From Octopus vulgaris (Eukaryota): a DNA stretch of 64,000 nt. The DNA is taken from the NCBI GenBank assembly GCA_951406725.2, contig OX597829.1, positions 29,698,001 through 29,762,000 of the forward strand, written 5' to 3'. Positions 13,300 to 26,118 of this stretch are shown piece after piece. The notes beneath the pieces are model-generated. The model was not told where the DNA came from, searched no databases, and saw nothing but the letters and a program-made list of their open reading frames with translations. How positions within the stretch are numbered: the first letter of the stretch is position 1; each line of letters begins with the position of its first letter. Position numbers and translations under genes: made by a program.

Positions 13300-14270
13300 A
13301 GTTTCATCACCGTCATTTAACGTCTGCTTTCCATGCTGGCATAGGTTAGATGGTTTGACTGAGGACTGGCAAGCCAGGAGGCAGCACCAGACACCAATCT
13401 GATCTGGCAAGGTTTCTACTGCTGGTACTGCTGGATGCCCTTCCTTATGCCAACCACTCAAAGAGTGTGGTGGGTGCTTTTTACGTGTCACTGGCATTGG
13501 TCATGCTTGAATGGTGCTTGTTATGTGCCAGTCAGGTGGCACTAGCATCGGCCATGCTCAAATGGTGCTTTTTACGTTCCACCAGCACAGGTGCCAGTCA
13601 GGTGGCACTATCATCAGCCACAACAACGATTTCACTCGGTTCGACAGATCTTCACAAGCATGGCATATTGCCCAATGATTGAAGGGTGCTTTTAAATGGG
13701 CCAAGTATGCGACACTGGTATTGGTCATGACTACAACCCCATTTGGCTTGCCAGGTCTTCTTAATCACAGCATATCTCCAAAGGTCTTGGTTGCTTGTCA
13801 TTGCTTCTGTGAGGTCCAATTTTTGAAGATCTTGCTTCACCACCTCATACCATGTCTTCCTGGGTCTACCTCTTCCACAGTTTCCCTCCACTATTCCAGT
13901 GCAACACTTCTTCACACAGCTGTCCTCATCCATTCGCAACACTTGACCATACCAGCAGACATTTCTTTTGCATACAACAGCTGATGCTTCTTATGGCCAA
14001 CTTTTCTCTTGGGGCTCTTTCACTCTGTCATTGTAAGTACAATGACATTACACATCCAGCAGAGCATACTAGCTTCATTTCTTTCAAGCCTATGCTTGTC
14101 CTCAGCAGTCACAGCCCATGTTTCACTGGCGTGTAGCATGGCTATTCTCACACACAGGCATCTTACAGTCTATCTTTCACTCTGAGTGAGAGGTCTTTTG
14201 TTAGCAGCAGAGGCAGGAGGTCTCTGAACTTTGCCCAGGCTATTCTTATTCTACCATCTACGCTCTCATG
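13300..14270 (-). mobile_element. RTE-clade LINE 3' fragment
   Basis: MLRMDEDSCVKKC...GRGRPRKTWYEVVKQDL on the minus strand, plus the 3' UTR. Confidence 0.85.
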
Positions 14271-14493
14271 TATCAAATTTTACTTGCAATGCATTAGCAG
14301 GTCTGAAGCTATTGTAGAAGATACTTGTCAAAAATGTCATACAGTGCAATTGAAACCAAACTTCTAAACAACATAGTCCTGCTTGTATCTTGGGTCTGAA
14401 TATAATTATAATTCCCAAATTATCTGTAGATGTTGCATTGAAATAGTTGTTTTAGTGGAGAGCAGCTGTCTTCCCAATTCTCTTTCAATTCAA

Positions 14494-15166
14494 CCTTTTA
14501 GCATTCAGATAACTCTGTCAAATATAATGCCTATTCATTTATGTTGTTTTTAAAATAGTTATGCATTATCTTATAGCTTCAAGGTTTTGATATGATTGTT
14601 TAAGGGCGGCAAGCTGGCAGAATCATTAGCATGCCAGGCAAAATGCTTAACAGTATTTCATCTGCTGTTACTTCAAATTCTGCCAAAGTCGACTTTGCCT
14701 TTCATCCTTTCGGGGTCGATTAAATAAGTACCAGTTAAGCACTGGGGGTCGATGTACTCGACTTAATCCCTTTGTCTGTCCTTATTTGTCCCCTCTATGT
14801 TTAGCCTCCTGTGGGGAATAAAGAAATAAATATGATAATTTATTTTTACAATAACATTTTATGGTAGATGTGTGAGTCCGGATCTGGCTGGTTTGAAACA
14901 TAATAGGTAGAATATTTGGGCTAGATATCATCAGCATCATTTAGTGTCTGTTTTCCATGCTGGCATGAGTTAAGCAGTTTGACTGAAGATGGTAAGCTGG
15001 GTAGCTGCACCAGGCTCCAGTCTGTTTTGGCTTCGTTTCTATGGCTAGATGCCCTTCTTAATGGCAACCACTCCAAAATTGTAATGGGTGCCTTTTATGT
15101 GTCGCCAGCACAGGTGCCATTCACACATCACCAGCACTGGTCACAGTGAGTTTAAATGCTAAAGGG
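14494..15166 (+). mobile_element. piggyBac-like MITE A interrupted by SINE family 3 (14604-14830) and an RTE tail (about 14930-15145)
   Basis: Both MITE ends are present (cctttta gcattcag ... aaatgctaaaggg TTAA), and the internal segments match other repeat families. Confidence 0.7.
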
Positions 15167-15342
15167 TTAAAGGTGAAACCGCTTGCATTAATAGTGTGTT
15201 TAGTAAAGCAAGCATATCGAGAATTTCTTAATTCCTCATTTTTTTTTATGAAAAAAAAATATATAGCATGTGTTCCTCTTTGAAGAAACCAACATGAAAT
15301 GTTCCTATGAAATTTATATTTCTTTTTTTTTTTTGTTTTTAG

Positions 15343-15482
15343 TTTCATTGACAATTTTCTCAACAAGGACGAAGAAAAGATGAATGCTAGAGGCTCACCA
15401 ATTTACAGGAAATCCTTTCAAGATATTCCTCCAGCCTTGTTTATTGTTGCTGAAATTGATCCACTTAAAGATGATTCACATG
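15343..15482 (+). CDS. HSL-family esterase, internal exon with the catalytic Asp
   Basis: T-rich tract + tttag acceptor and GTAAAT donor. Phase 2 join gives FFIDNFLNKDEEKMNARGSPIYRKSFQDIPPALFIVAEIDPLKDDSH (SP, PP and DPLxD motifs). Confidence 0.93.
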
Positions 15483-16472
15483 GTAAATTAATTTTTATGT
15501 CTTTCTCTCTCACACATATAATTTCTTCAACCCTTGTAGGTTACTGGTTAATTTTAGTAAAATTTTTTTAACCACTATTACTCGTTAATCAAGTTTGTTG
15601 ATGAAAAACAAACTTCTATATTTACACACTATTTCACAATAGAATAGATTGATTCAAAAGTAATTTCAGAAAAAGAAGAAATAAAAACAAAGACAGTGAC
15701 TTCTACTAGTAAATTGGAAGACTCAGTTGAGCATCAGACTAAATGTGTTGGACCATTCTCATGAAAGTTAAACCAAAACACGTTTTCTGAAATTTTTAGA
15801 ATGGCCAAAAATATCACTACATATCTGTAAGGGGTATTTTGAAAAGGTTCATATTTCAACCAGATATTGGGACAATTTCTTAGGTGTACACTACTTAAAA
15901 GATACAGAAAGTATTTGTACGTCTGACCTATGCATGGACATTAAAATAATGGTGGCATCTCTGTGGCCAGGAAAAGAAGGTTCTTCCTGACTGGGTACTT
16001 ACTTATTCTCTTGGTTTCTTTTGCCAAACCACCAAGTTACAGGGGCAAACCAACTCCGGTGGCTGGGTGGTGTTGGCAAACCTGCACACACAAACAAACA
16101 ATGGGCTTCTTTCAGTTTCCATCTACCAAATCCACTCACAAGGCATTGGTTGGCCCAGAGCTATAGTAGAAGGCACTTGCTCAAAATACTACACAGTGAG
16201 ACTGAACCCAGAACCATATGGTTGGGAAGCAAACTGCTTACTGTGCACACACGCACGCACGCGCACGCACACACACACGCGCACGCACACACACACGCGC
16301 ACGCACACACACACACGTGTGTGTGTGTGAGTACTTATATGGTATACTTAGAACTTAGCTTTCACTCAGTGATGAGTGAAACTTATTACATATTTAGTTT
16401 ATTTGTGTGTGATTTTCATTTGTCTCTCTTTTTTAATACAAATATTCACATATTTTTGTTTATTTATTGAAG

Positions 16473-16559
16473 AATACGGGAAGAAAATTCGTGAGAATGG
16501 CATAAAATCAAAATCGCTTCTGATCAGAGGTGTTGTTCATGGCTTTTTCACCTTACCAG
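16473..16559 (+). CDS. HSL-family esterase, internal exon with the catalytic His
   Basis: gaag acceptor and GTAAAT donor. Phase 1 join gives EYGKKIRENGIKSKSLLIRGVVHGFFTLP (HGF motif). Confidence 0.92.
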
Positions 16560-16860
16560 GTAAATATGTTTTATTTTTCCTACGTCAACTAGTTAATTAA
16601 TTCTACCACAAACCTGTCCCAAACTAAGCCAGTAAATTTGTTTGACCTGGTAGAAATAGTGGCTAAGTCTTCCTCAGATCATACTTTTTTGCTCTAAAGA
16701 AAGCAAGAACCATTAATCAGTGTAGTCCTAAATACATCATACTTGAAAAAAAATAAATGACACGATGGTTATGACTGGAATGTTTTTGATTATACTTCTC
16801 CTTACACAGCGTAAATATGGAACTAGAGAACATGTTGGATAATAGTCTTGGATATATTAA

Positions 16861-17080
16861 CCCTATAGCATTCAGATTATTCTGTCAAACTTAATGCTTA
16901 TTTATTCACATTGTTTTGAACTAATCATGCATAACTTTGTAGCTTTAAAATTCTGATGATGTGATTGTTTATTTTTAGAATGACATTGTAGGATAGGTGT
17001 GATAGGCTGGATCTGGCCAGTTCAAATGTAAAATAGGTAGAATATTTAGCCTGGATTTGGCTGGTTTAAATGCTGAAGGG
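16861..17080 (+). mobile_element. piggyBac-like MITE family A, complete 220 bp
   Basis: TTAA-CCCTATAGCATT ... AATGCTGAAGGG-TTAA. Confidence 0.85.
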
Positions 17081-17619
17081 TTAAAAGACATTACATCATG
17101 GTTGGAATGCCTATAATCAGAAGCCTGCTTGAACTGGGACCTGGGGCAAAACAAGAATTGTAGAGTGAAATGTCATAAGAATTTGATTTGATGTTTGTTT
17201 TCAAGGATTTAGAAAAAAATAAAAAGAATCCATCTCTAATCTCACTGTTATATTTGACTGTTTTATTGATGTTTTACATTCTCGTCAGATTCACTTAGTC
17301 CCAAAACTGAAGACATCTTTATTATTATTAATATCATTTTTAACATTCACTTTTCTACGCAAGCATGGATTGGACAGATCTTCTCCACCACATTTTTCAA
17401 TGTGTTGCTTTCTTTTGTCATCTCCTCTGTGAGGTTCAGCATCATGAGATCAACTTTCACCACCATCTTCTGCCCTTGTTTTTCCTCAATCTTTTTTCCC
17501 AGTTGGATCTTCTGATATCTCTCTACTCATCTGTTATCAACTATAAATAAATTACATGTTCTTATCAAGACAGTCTCTATCTCTCTCTCCCATCTCATAT
17601 TACATATGATTTCTCATAG

Positions 17620-17930
17620 CAACAAGCAAGCAACATCCGACCAGGCTATCAGATGTTGCTACACATCACCGGTCACAATGTGCTTCGCACTGTTTTAGCC
17701 TTCAAATGATGCCACCCTGCTGGCTAAGCGAGCAGGCCTACAGAAGAAAGAGTGAGAGAAAGTTGTGACGAAATAGTACAGCAGGGATTGCCACCACCCC
17801 CTGCTGGAGCCTCGTGTAACTTTAGGTGCTTTCGCTCGATAAACACTCACAACGCCCGGCCTGGGAATCGAAACTGCGATCCTACGACCGCGAGTCCGCT
17901 GCCCTAACCACTGGGCCATTGCGCCTCCAC
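17620..17930 (-). mobile_element. tRNA-derived SINE family 4 (tRNA-Arg-like head)
   Basis: Reverse complement GGAGGCGCAATGGCCCAGTGGTTAGGGCAGCGGACTCGCGG...TTTCGATTCCC with A and B boxes. Second copy at 54228-54490 (+), partial copy at about 28020-28200. Confidence 0.85.
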
Positions 17931-18080
17931 ATCATTTCTCATATACTTAGTTTTATTCTCACCTCCTTTGGTCCTGTTGTTCATGCACACTAATACTACA
18001 TACCCATCCAAGGCGGCAAGTAACAGTTGAGCACTAGAAGTGATGTAACTGACTTACTCCATTTCCTGAAATTGATGACT

Positions 18081-18473
18081 TTACTCTTTTACTTGTTTCA
18101 GTCATTCGATCGTAACTATGCTGGAGCACCGCCTTTAGTTGAGCAAATCTACCCCAGGACTTATTCTTTGTAAGCCTAGTACTTATTCAATCGGTTTCTT
18201 TTGCTGAACCACTAAGTTACGGGGACGTAAACACACCAGCATCGGTTGTCAAGCGATGTTGGCGGGGGGCAAACATATACACACATGTACATATATATAT
18301 TTATATGTATACGATGGGCTTCTTTCAGTTTCCATCTATCAAATCCACTCACAAGGCTTTGGTCAGTCTGAGGCTATTGTAGAAGACACTTGCCTAAGGT
18401 GCCACACAGTGGGACTGAACCCAGGACCATGTGGTTGGTAAGCAAGCTACTTACCACACAGCCACTCCTGTGC
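18081..18473 (-). mobile_element. SINE family 2 (tRNA-like head, internal TA/TG microsatellite)
   Basis: Consensus GGCGCAGGAGTGGCTGTGTGGTAAG..GGTTCAGTCCC..CTTGGGCAAGTGTC..(TA/TG)n..GACTGAAACAAGTAAAAGAG. More than 15 copies in the window. Confidence 0.88.
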
Positions 18474-18841
18474 AAAAATTTGAAATTAATAACATCCATC
18501 TAAGGTGGCAAACTTGCAAAATTCTTAGTATGCTGGGCAGAAGGCATACTGGAATTTCGTCCATTTTTACATTCTGATTTCAAATCCCACCAAGGTTGAC
18601 TTTGCCTTTCATCCTTTCAGGGTTAATAAAATAAATACCAGTTGAACTCTGGGGTTGATGTAATCAACTAGCTCTCTCCTCTGAACTTCCTGGCCTTGTG
18701 CCAAAGTTTGAAGCCAATATTGCATAACCATCTTGTGAAGAATCTTACCTTCATTTCACTCTAGCTTCACACTTCCTCTGCATTCACTACTCATGTATTG
18801 CTATATATACTTACGATTTACTAGAATGTTACCTGCCATAT

Positions 18842-19815
18842 AGGCACAAACAGGTGTGTGGATAAGAAACTGGCTTTGCAGTCATATGGTTTCGGGTCCA
18901 ATCACACTGTATGGCACATTGGCAAGTTTATTCTACTATAGCCTTGTACTAACCAATGCCTTGTAAGTGAATTTGGTAGACAATATCTGTGCAAAAGCCT
19001 GTTGTGTGTGTGTGTGTATGTTTGTGAGTCCTGTTTCCACTGTTGGATAACTGGTGTTGGTTGGTTTATGTCCCTATAACTTAGTTGTGATTTGGCAAAA
19101 AAAAAAAAAAGAAGACCAGTGGAATAATTGCCAAACTTAAAAAGTAAGTACCAGGGTTGATTTGTTTGATTAGACTTTTCAAGATGGTGCCCCAGCATGG
19201 CCACAATTCAGTGACTGGAACAAATAAAAGACAACATAATATGGATAACTTTGGAAGTATACTTTTGTGACCACAGATAATATCAGGAAATATGGCATAT
19301 CTTTTATTTTTTATTGTTTCAGTCATTTGACTGCGGCCATGCTGGGGCACCACTTCGAAGGGTTTAGTTAAACAAATTGACCCTGGGACTTATTTTTTGA
19401 AGCCTGGTACTTATTATATTGGTCTCCTTTGCCAAACAGCTAAGTTACAGGGACGTAAAAGCACCAACACTGGTTGTCAAGTGGTGGTGGGGGGGGACAA
19501 AACCACATATACACATGATGGGCTTCTTTCAGTTTCCATCTACCTATTTCTTTACTACCCACTAGGGGCTAAACACAGAGGGGACAAACAAAGACAGACA
19601 AACGGATTAAGTCGATTACATCGACCCCAGTGTGTAACTGGTACTTATTTAATCGACCCCAAAAGGATGAAAGGCAAAGTCAACCTCGGCGGAATTTGAA
19701 CTCAGAACGTAGCGGCAGACGAAATACCGCTAAACATTTCGTCCAGCGTGCTAACGATTCTGCCAGCTTGCCGCCCTATTTCAGTTTCCATCTACCACAT
19801 CCACTCAAGGCTTTG
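18842..19815. mobile_element. Two SINE family 2 copies tail to tail; the second carries a nested SINE family 3 (19540-19776)
   Basis: Matches the family consensi; tttcagtttccatctacc is duplicated around the nested insert. Confidence 0.75.
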
Positions 19816-20093
19816 TTCCGCTCTTTCAGAAGAAAAATATTTACTTTAAAATGAAATAAAATGAAACAAATTTCTCTTCTGTATAACTCCTCACTTAACA
19901 AGTCTGTCATTTACTCCCTCTCCTCCTCATCCTATTCCTCTACAATTCCTTCTCTCTCACAGTTTGTGGTGTTCTTTTACTCATTGCCTGTCAACAAAAC
20001 TAGTATGTGCACTCAACCTGCACCTCTTATTTTGGCTCTGTCTGTATCTCCCTTTTTACTCTCTACCCCTTCCTCTTTATATATGATGTAGAG

Positions 20094-20388
20094 TAGTGAT
20101 TCTCATCCACGGATCATATGGCCTCCTGAGGGTCCATATAAAATTGTCGGAGATCCGCTCAACAAAATAGTAAATCGGAGATCTGCAATAGTATTTTAAG
20201 GGCCTCTGAAAAAATTTTGTTTGAGATGGATGTATGTATTGGTATGTAGTGCAAGAAACAATAAAGGAATTTTGAAAGAAGTTTCTATAAAACTAGTTTT
20301 TAAACATTGAATGCCTATGAGGGTCCATCAGAATAAAATAATAGTAATCAAAAGGATTCATAAAGAAAAAAAATGGTTAAGAACCATT
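20094..20388. mobile_element. hAT (Charlie-like) MITE
   Basis: Ends cagtgattctca-like / ggttaagaacca. A related copy in the opposite orientation is at 26852-27133 (cagtggttcttaacc ... gttgagaaccaatg). Confidence 0.55.
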
Positions 20389-20391
20389 AAG

Positions 20392-20770
20392 GCATAGGAG
20401 TGGCTGTGTGGTAAGTAGCTTGCTTACGAACCACATGGTTCCAGGTTCAGTCCCACTGCGTGGCACCTTGGGCAAGTGTCCGACCAAAGCTTTGTGAGTG
20501 ACTTTGGTAGACAGAAACTGATAGAAGCCCGTTGTATATTTGTGTGTGTGTATGTGTATATATATATGGATGTGTATGTGTTTGTCCCCCCAACATCGCT
20601 TGACAACCAATGCTGGTGTGTTTACGTCCTCGTAACTTAGCGGTTCAGCAAAAGAAACTAATAGGATAAGTACTAGGCTTAAAAAGAATGAGTCCTGGGG
20701 TCGATTTGCTCGACTAAATGCGGTGCTCCAGCAAGGCCACAGTCAAATGACTGAAACAAGTAAAAGAGTA
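20392..20770 (+). mobile_element. SINE family 2
   Basis: Near full-length match to the family consensus. Confidence 0.88.
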
Positions 20771-20924
20771 ACCCCTGATTTAGAGTGATTGGTGAAATCA
20801 ACCATCCAATTATTTGTGGAAGTTAGAAATTGTTTTTAAAACCCTGAACAAAATACTTTGCAGCATTTCTTCCAGCTTTATGTTCAAACTTGCTGGTCCC
20901 ATGCCATCAAAAATGATATAATAA

Positions 20925-21255
20925 TAATAATAATAATATAAAGCATATGCAGTAATGTACAAATGTCTAGAAAGTGAATAGTCAGATACATGCTTGCATG
21001 TGTATGGAAGGGGAGAAAATCAGGCGTAGTGTTGGCGAATCTCAGGAAGCATGGAAGTTTTGAAGGATGCAGTGCTCCGACAACTAACAACTGATGCCGA
21101 CAGTTTGTTCCATGCTTCAGCAACTCTTAGTGTGAAAAAATGTTTCCGAAAGTCATGGGAGCTGTACTGTTTTTCTGACTTTGTAAACATGTCCATGGGT
21201 GTTAGACAGGTGGAGTTTGAAAAGGTGTTCAGAGTTATTGTTTGTAAGATGGTTA
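20925..21255 (-). mobile_element. CR1-like LINE 3' end
   Basis: RKHFFTLRVAEAWNKLSASVVSCRSTASFK (CR1 ORF2 C-terminal motif) and (att)n tail. A related + strand copy is at about 29250-29570. Confidence 0.75.
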
Positions 21256-21962
21256 ATTGTAGTATTTCATATTTAAATAAGGACAAAAGATAGAATGTGG
21301 ATGGTAAATCAAATTAATACACTTGTCAATGTTATCAAGTGGTTGTCTTTTGAGATGTGTCACAACAATCATTGTTTGTTACTGAAAGAATGCTGGCTCA
21401 TTCATTCATACATACATACATACACACACTTCCCTTGTACGCATACACACACATATTCACACAGTTGAAATTCTGTTTGATTTTTTCTTTTCAGCATTGG
21501 ATGTTCGCCATCCCACTGCCATTGCACACACACACACCGTCCTTTTACATATCATCTATCACCCCTTCCTTTCTTATTCTAATGATTCAGATTGGAGCCT
21601 GGTGCAGCCACCTGGTTCACCAGTCCTCAGTCAAATTGTCCAACCCATGCTAGTATGGAAAGCAGACATTAAATGATGATGATGATGTGATGGAGAAAAA
21701 CATGAGTATTATTATAGTAGATTCTGCCGAGGTTGATTTTTGCCTAAAATAAGAGGCAGTAGAAGTGCTGGATTCGATGTAATCAACTAGCCCCCCCCCG
21801 AATTTCAGGCCTTGTGCTTATAGTAGAAAAGATTATTATTGTTAGATGAATCAAAGATTGAAACTAATAAATAAATAAAATAAATTAAATACGAAAAAAG
21901 CCAAGCAAAGGTATCTTGCAATCGTGGGTTATTTCCCTTGCTAAGTTCATATTCCACTGGGT

Positions 21963-22039
21963 TTAACTCGCTTTGATGACACGAGCTCCAGTTACGTAGT
22001 TAACTGGCTGTACTTCTTCATTCAATCTGGAGCTCAATG
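21963..22039 (-). CDS. Candidate terminal coding exon of the same antisense gene
   Basis: ttctcattttag acceptor. Phase 1 is compatible with 35107-35302 and gives TLSSRLNEEVQPVNYVTGARVIKAS then TAA. Unique, CpG-containing island among repeats. Confidence 0.42.
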
Positions 22040-22221
22040 CTAAAATGAGAATCATTGTCATCATCATGATACTGATTAATGAATGGTGGCGGCAGCGGTG
22101 GAGATGATATGGTGGTAGTGGTTTTCATCATCACCATCGCCACCACCAACCAGTTCTGTACTGAGCTAATTTATTATATTATAATTCAATTCAGAACTGT
22201 TGTGGAAATCGCCGCCATGGG

Positions 22222-22254
<33 letters not shown>

Positions 22255-22847
22255 TTGGATTCTTTTTCTTTCTTTTTTCCTTAACATTTAAAAAAAAAAT
22301 ACTGAAGCTATTTTAGACTTGTATATCAGAAGGTAGGATCATCATCACATCAATCTATGCTTGCTTTCTGTACTGTCGTGGTTTGGATGGGTTATGATCA
22401 TCCAGGTTAGATGGAGCTACAGCAGAAGACAAGACACTTGCCCAAGATGCCACGTTGGGAAGCAAGCTTCTTAAACCACTGTTATGTACATATATATATA
22501 TATGAGAGAGATAGATTATATATATATATATATATATATAGGTAGATATATATATATATATAGATAGATAGATAGAGATAGGTAGATAGATAGATAGAGA
22601 TAGATAGATTATGATATTATAATGAACTTATTGTATACAGCTCTCAGGTGCACTACAACTCCTCAGAAAAAGTAACCAAAACTGCATGAAAAGTACATAA
22701 AGTGTGCACAGGAAGTGAACAGTGATATTGTCTCACACACACACCTGGTGGGCTTGCCAAAAATATCATGTGTCAGAGTGAAATAGAACTCGGAATTTTG
22801 TGGTCTTTACAGATTGCACGAATTATTATTATTATTATTATTATTAT

Positions 22848-23630
22848 CAGCTGGCAGAAACATTAGCATGCTAGGCAAAATGCTTGGCAGTATTTCATCT
22901 GTCCTTACATTCTGAGTTCAAATTCCACCGAGGTTGACTTTACCTTTCATTCTTCCGGGGTCAATAAATTAAGTACCAGTGAAACACTGGGGTTGATGTA
23001 ATTGACTAGTCCCCTCCCACAAAATTGTCTTGTGTCTATAATAGAAAGGATTATTATTATTATTAATTATTATTATTATTATCATCATCATTATGAAGGT
23101 GGCAAGGTAGCAGAATCATTAGGATACTTAGTATACTTAGCAGTATTTCAATTGTCTCCACATTCTAAGTTTAAATTCTTCTGAGGTTGACTTTCCCTTT
23201 GATCTCCTTTTGGGATCAATGAAATAACTATCAGTTAAATATTGGGACTGATATATTTGACTAACCTCCTCCCTTGAAATTGCTGGCCGTGTGCCAAAAT
23301 TTGAAACCATTATCTTTATTATTATCACTATTATCCTACCAAGGTTTACTTTGCCTTTCACTGTTTTGCGTTCAACAAAATAAGTACCAGCCAAGTAATG
23401 GGATTGATGTAAACAACCAGCCCCTTCTCCACAGTATTTCAGGCCTTGTACCTATAGTAAAAGGGATTACTATTTTTTTTTGTTTTTTTTTAATGACAAT
23501 TATTATTATTATTATTATTATTGTTGTTATTATTATTGCCTGTCATTGTTCAGGGTAAGATAAAGTACTTATTCAAGTATTAAGTGTAGGTGGGGGTTGA
23601 TATAATCCTCGTTACTCTCCCTCCAAAATA
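22848..23630 (+). mobile_element. Cluster of SINE family 3 copies separated by (ATT)n
   Basis: Repeated gctggcagaa..gagttcaaattcc..gttgactttgcctttcatcc..aagtaccag segments with att tails. Confidence 0.75.
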
Positions 23631-23678
23631 TATGGGTTTGAAATTATTTAAAAGAATCTGTTTTCATTCTATTTTCAG

Positions 23679-23746
23679 GCATCTTTGAGAAGTCTTGCCA
23701 GAAGGCTTACGAAGAAGTAGGCACTTTCATCATGTCACAGTTATAA
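23679..23746 (+). CDS. HSL-family esterase, terminal coding exon
   Basis: ttttcag acceptor. Phase 1 join gives GIFEKSCQKAYEEVGTFIMSQL then TAA, the expected C-terminal amphipathic helix. AATAAA hexamers follow at about 24619, 24835 and 24906. Confidence 0.88.
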
Positions 23747-24000
23747 ACCAAGACCAATTTTGTGGTTTCATCCATACGATATTTTTCTCTGTCTCTTTCA
23801 CTCACACACTCACACCTCGTTTCCCTAAAACTTTGCAAAAAAAAAAAAAAAAACCCTTCAAAATTCTCCCTTTTTCTGCTCAATATTTAGAATATAACCT
23901 TTACATATTCTTTTGCTCATTGAAATTGCTTGCCACTAACATGATTATTTTATATGTATTTATACATACATAATACATATATATATACAAACATACACAC

Positions 24001-24042
<42 letters not shown>

Positions 24043-24043
<1 letters not shown>

Positions 24044-24272
24044 TCTTTACTTTCTTTTACTCTTTTACTTGTTTCAGTCATTTGACTGCGGCCATGCTGG
24101 AGCACCGCCTTTAATCGAGCAAATCGACCCTGGCACTTATTCTTTGTAAGCCCAGTACTTATTCTATCGGTCTGTTTTGCCGAACCGCTAAGTGACGGGG
24201 ACATAAACACACCAGCATCGGTTGTCAAGCAATGCTAGGGGGACAAACACAAACACACACACAAACACACAC

Positions 24273-24335
<63 letters not shown>

Positions 24336-24470
24336 TACGACAGGCTTCTTTCAGTTTCTGTCTACCAAATCCACTCACAAGGCTTTGGTCGGCCCGAGGT
24401 GCCACACAGTGGGACTGAACCCGGAACCATGTGGTTGGTAAACAAGCTACTTACCACACAGCCACTCCTA
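24043..24470 (-). mobile_element. SINE family 2, just downstream of the esterase stop (possibly in the 3' UTR)
   Basis: Young copy with intact CpGs. Confidence 0.88.
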
Positions 24471-25044
24471 TATATATATATATATTTATATACACACATA
24501 CATACACACACACACACAACACGCATATCGTTATATATATATATGATCTATATGTATATACATATATAAAATATATATTTTTTTTTTTTTTGTGTCAGTT
24601 TTAAAAATGAATTGCCTTAATAAAATTCTGCTTCCTGACATGTTACAAAAATGTTTTTAATCTGTTCTGGTCTAAGCTTTGTGTGTTCTTCAATTCAATA
24701 TTCTGTATAATTTTCATATTGCACAAAGTAAAACAACTTCCACTGTCAATGTGTCATTCAAAAGTCAGGAGACACTCTTTGGAAGGATGTGATTTTTTTT
24801 TTTTAAACAAATGCTTGTAAGTTTGTGTCTGAAAAATAAAATATATATAAAAAAAAAAACATATATCTACAAAACAGAATTATATGGAAACTGTATTCTG
24901 TGATAAATAAATTCCAAGTTTAAGACCAAAAGAATGTATTTGTCTTTATTGTTAATACTTTGTCAGCATTAAACTTATTTTGTTGTTGTTTAACCCCAGG
25001 TAAGCTGACTTGTTGTCAGAGTATTCCAGCTATCTTGTATCTGT

Positions 25045-26118
25045 TATTTGTTTCAATGATTAGACTGTGGCCATGCTGGGGCATTGCCTTGAAGAATTGT
25101 TTTAGTTGAATGTATTGACTCCAATACTTTTTTTTTAAGCCTGATGCTTATTCTATCAGTCTCTTTTGCTGAATTGCTAAGTTACAGGACATAAACACAC
25201 CAACACCAGTTGCCAAGCATGGTGGGGAAAAATATGGATACAAAACCACACACACACACACAGGTGTGTGTATGTGTGTGGAGCTCCTTTCAGTTTCTGT
25301 CTATCAAATCTGCTCTCAATCTGAGGCTATAGTTGAAGACACTTGCCCATGATGCCACAGACTGGGATTGAACATGGAACCTGTCGTTGGGAAGCAAGCT
25401 TCTTACCACACAGCCATACTTGTGCCTATGATCAACTTGTCTTTTTTTTTTCTCTCTTTCTCCTAATAAGGTACTACATTGTGTAAAGTATCTGTTCCTC
25501 AGGCTTTGCAAATTGAGAGAGATTTAACTGCTATATCTTTGAAATCAAGCAATCACATAGATAGACATCTTTCATTGGCTTAGGCTAATCATGGGTAACC
25601 TATGGCCTGCGAGAGGGACTTTTTGAATGGCACACTCTAACAAAAAGATTTTCCTTGAATTATGTGACTCACCTAATGGCAAACTCTATCTCAGGTAGCC
25701 TACTTCTTTGAAAAAGTTACCCATGCCTGGCTTACCTTTTATCTTTTACTTGTTCCAATCACTAGACTGTAGCCATGCTGGAACACTGTCATCAAGAATT
25801 TTTAGTTGAGTGAATTTACCCAGTACTTTTTTTTTCTTTAATCTGGTACTTATTCTATCCATCTCTTTTGCTGAACTGCTAAGTTATGGGGGCATAAACA
25901 CATCATCACAAGTTGTCAAAGAAGGGACAAACAGAGATACAAAGACATACACACACATGATGAGCTTCTTTCAGTTTCCATTTATCAAATCCACTCAGGG
26001 CTTTGGTTGGCCCGAGGCTATAGCAGAAGACACTTGCCCAAGGTACCACACAGTAGGACTAAACCTGGAACAAGGTAGTTGGGAAGTAAGCTTCTTACCT
26101 CATAGCCATGCCTGTGCT
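25045..26118 (-). mobile_element. Two SINE family 2 copies with a hAT-like MITE (about 25582-25730) between them
   Basis: Family consensus matches; MITE ends catgggtaac / gttacccatgcctg. Confidence 0.7.

Noticed and set aside
17855-17930. tRNA gene (also 54228-54300 and 6214-6290)
   Set aside because: A and B boxes are present, but each continues into a shared SINE body and lacks a clean cloverleaf acceptor stem.
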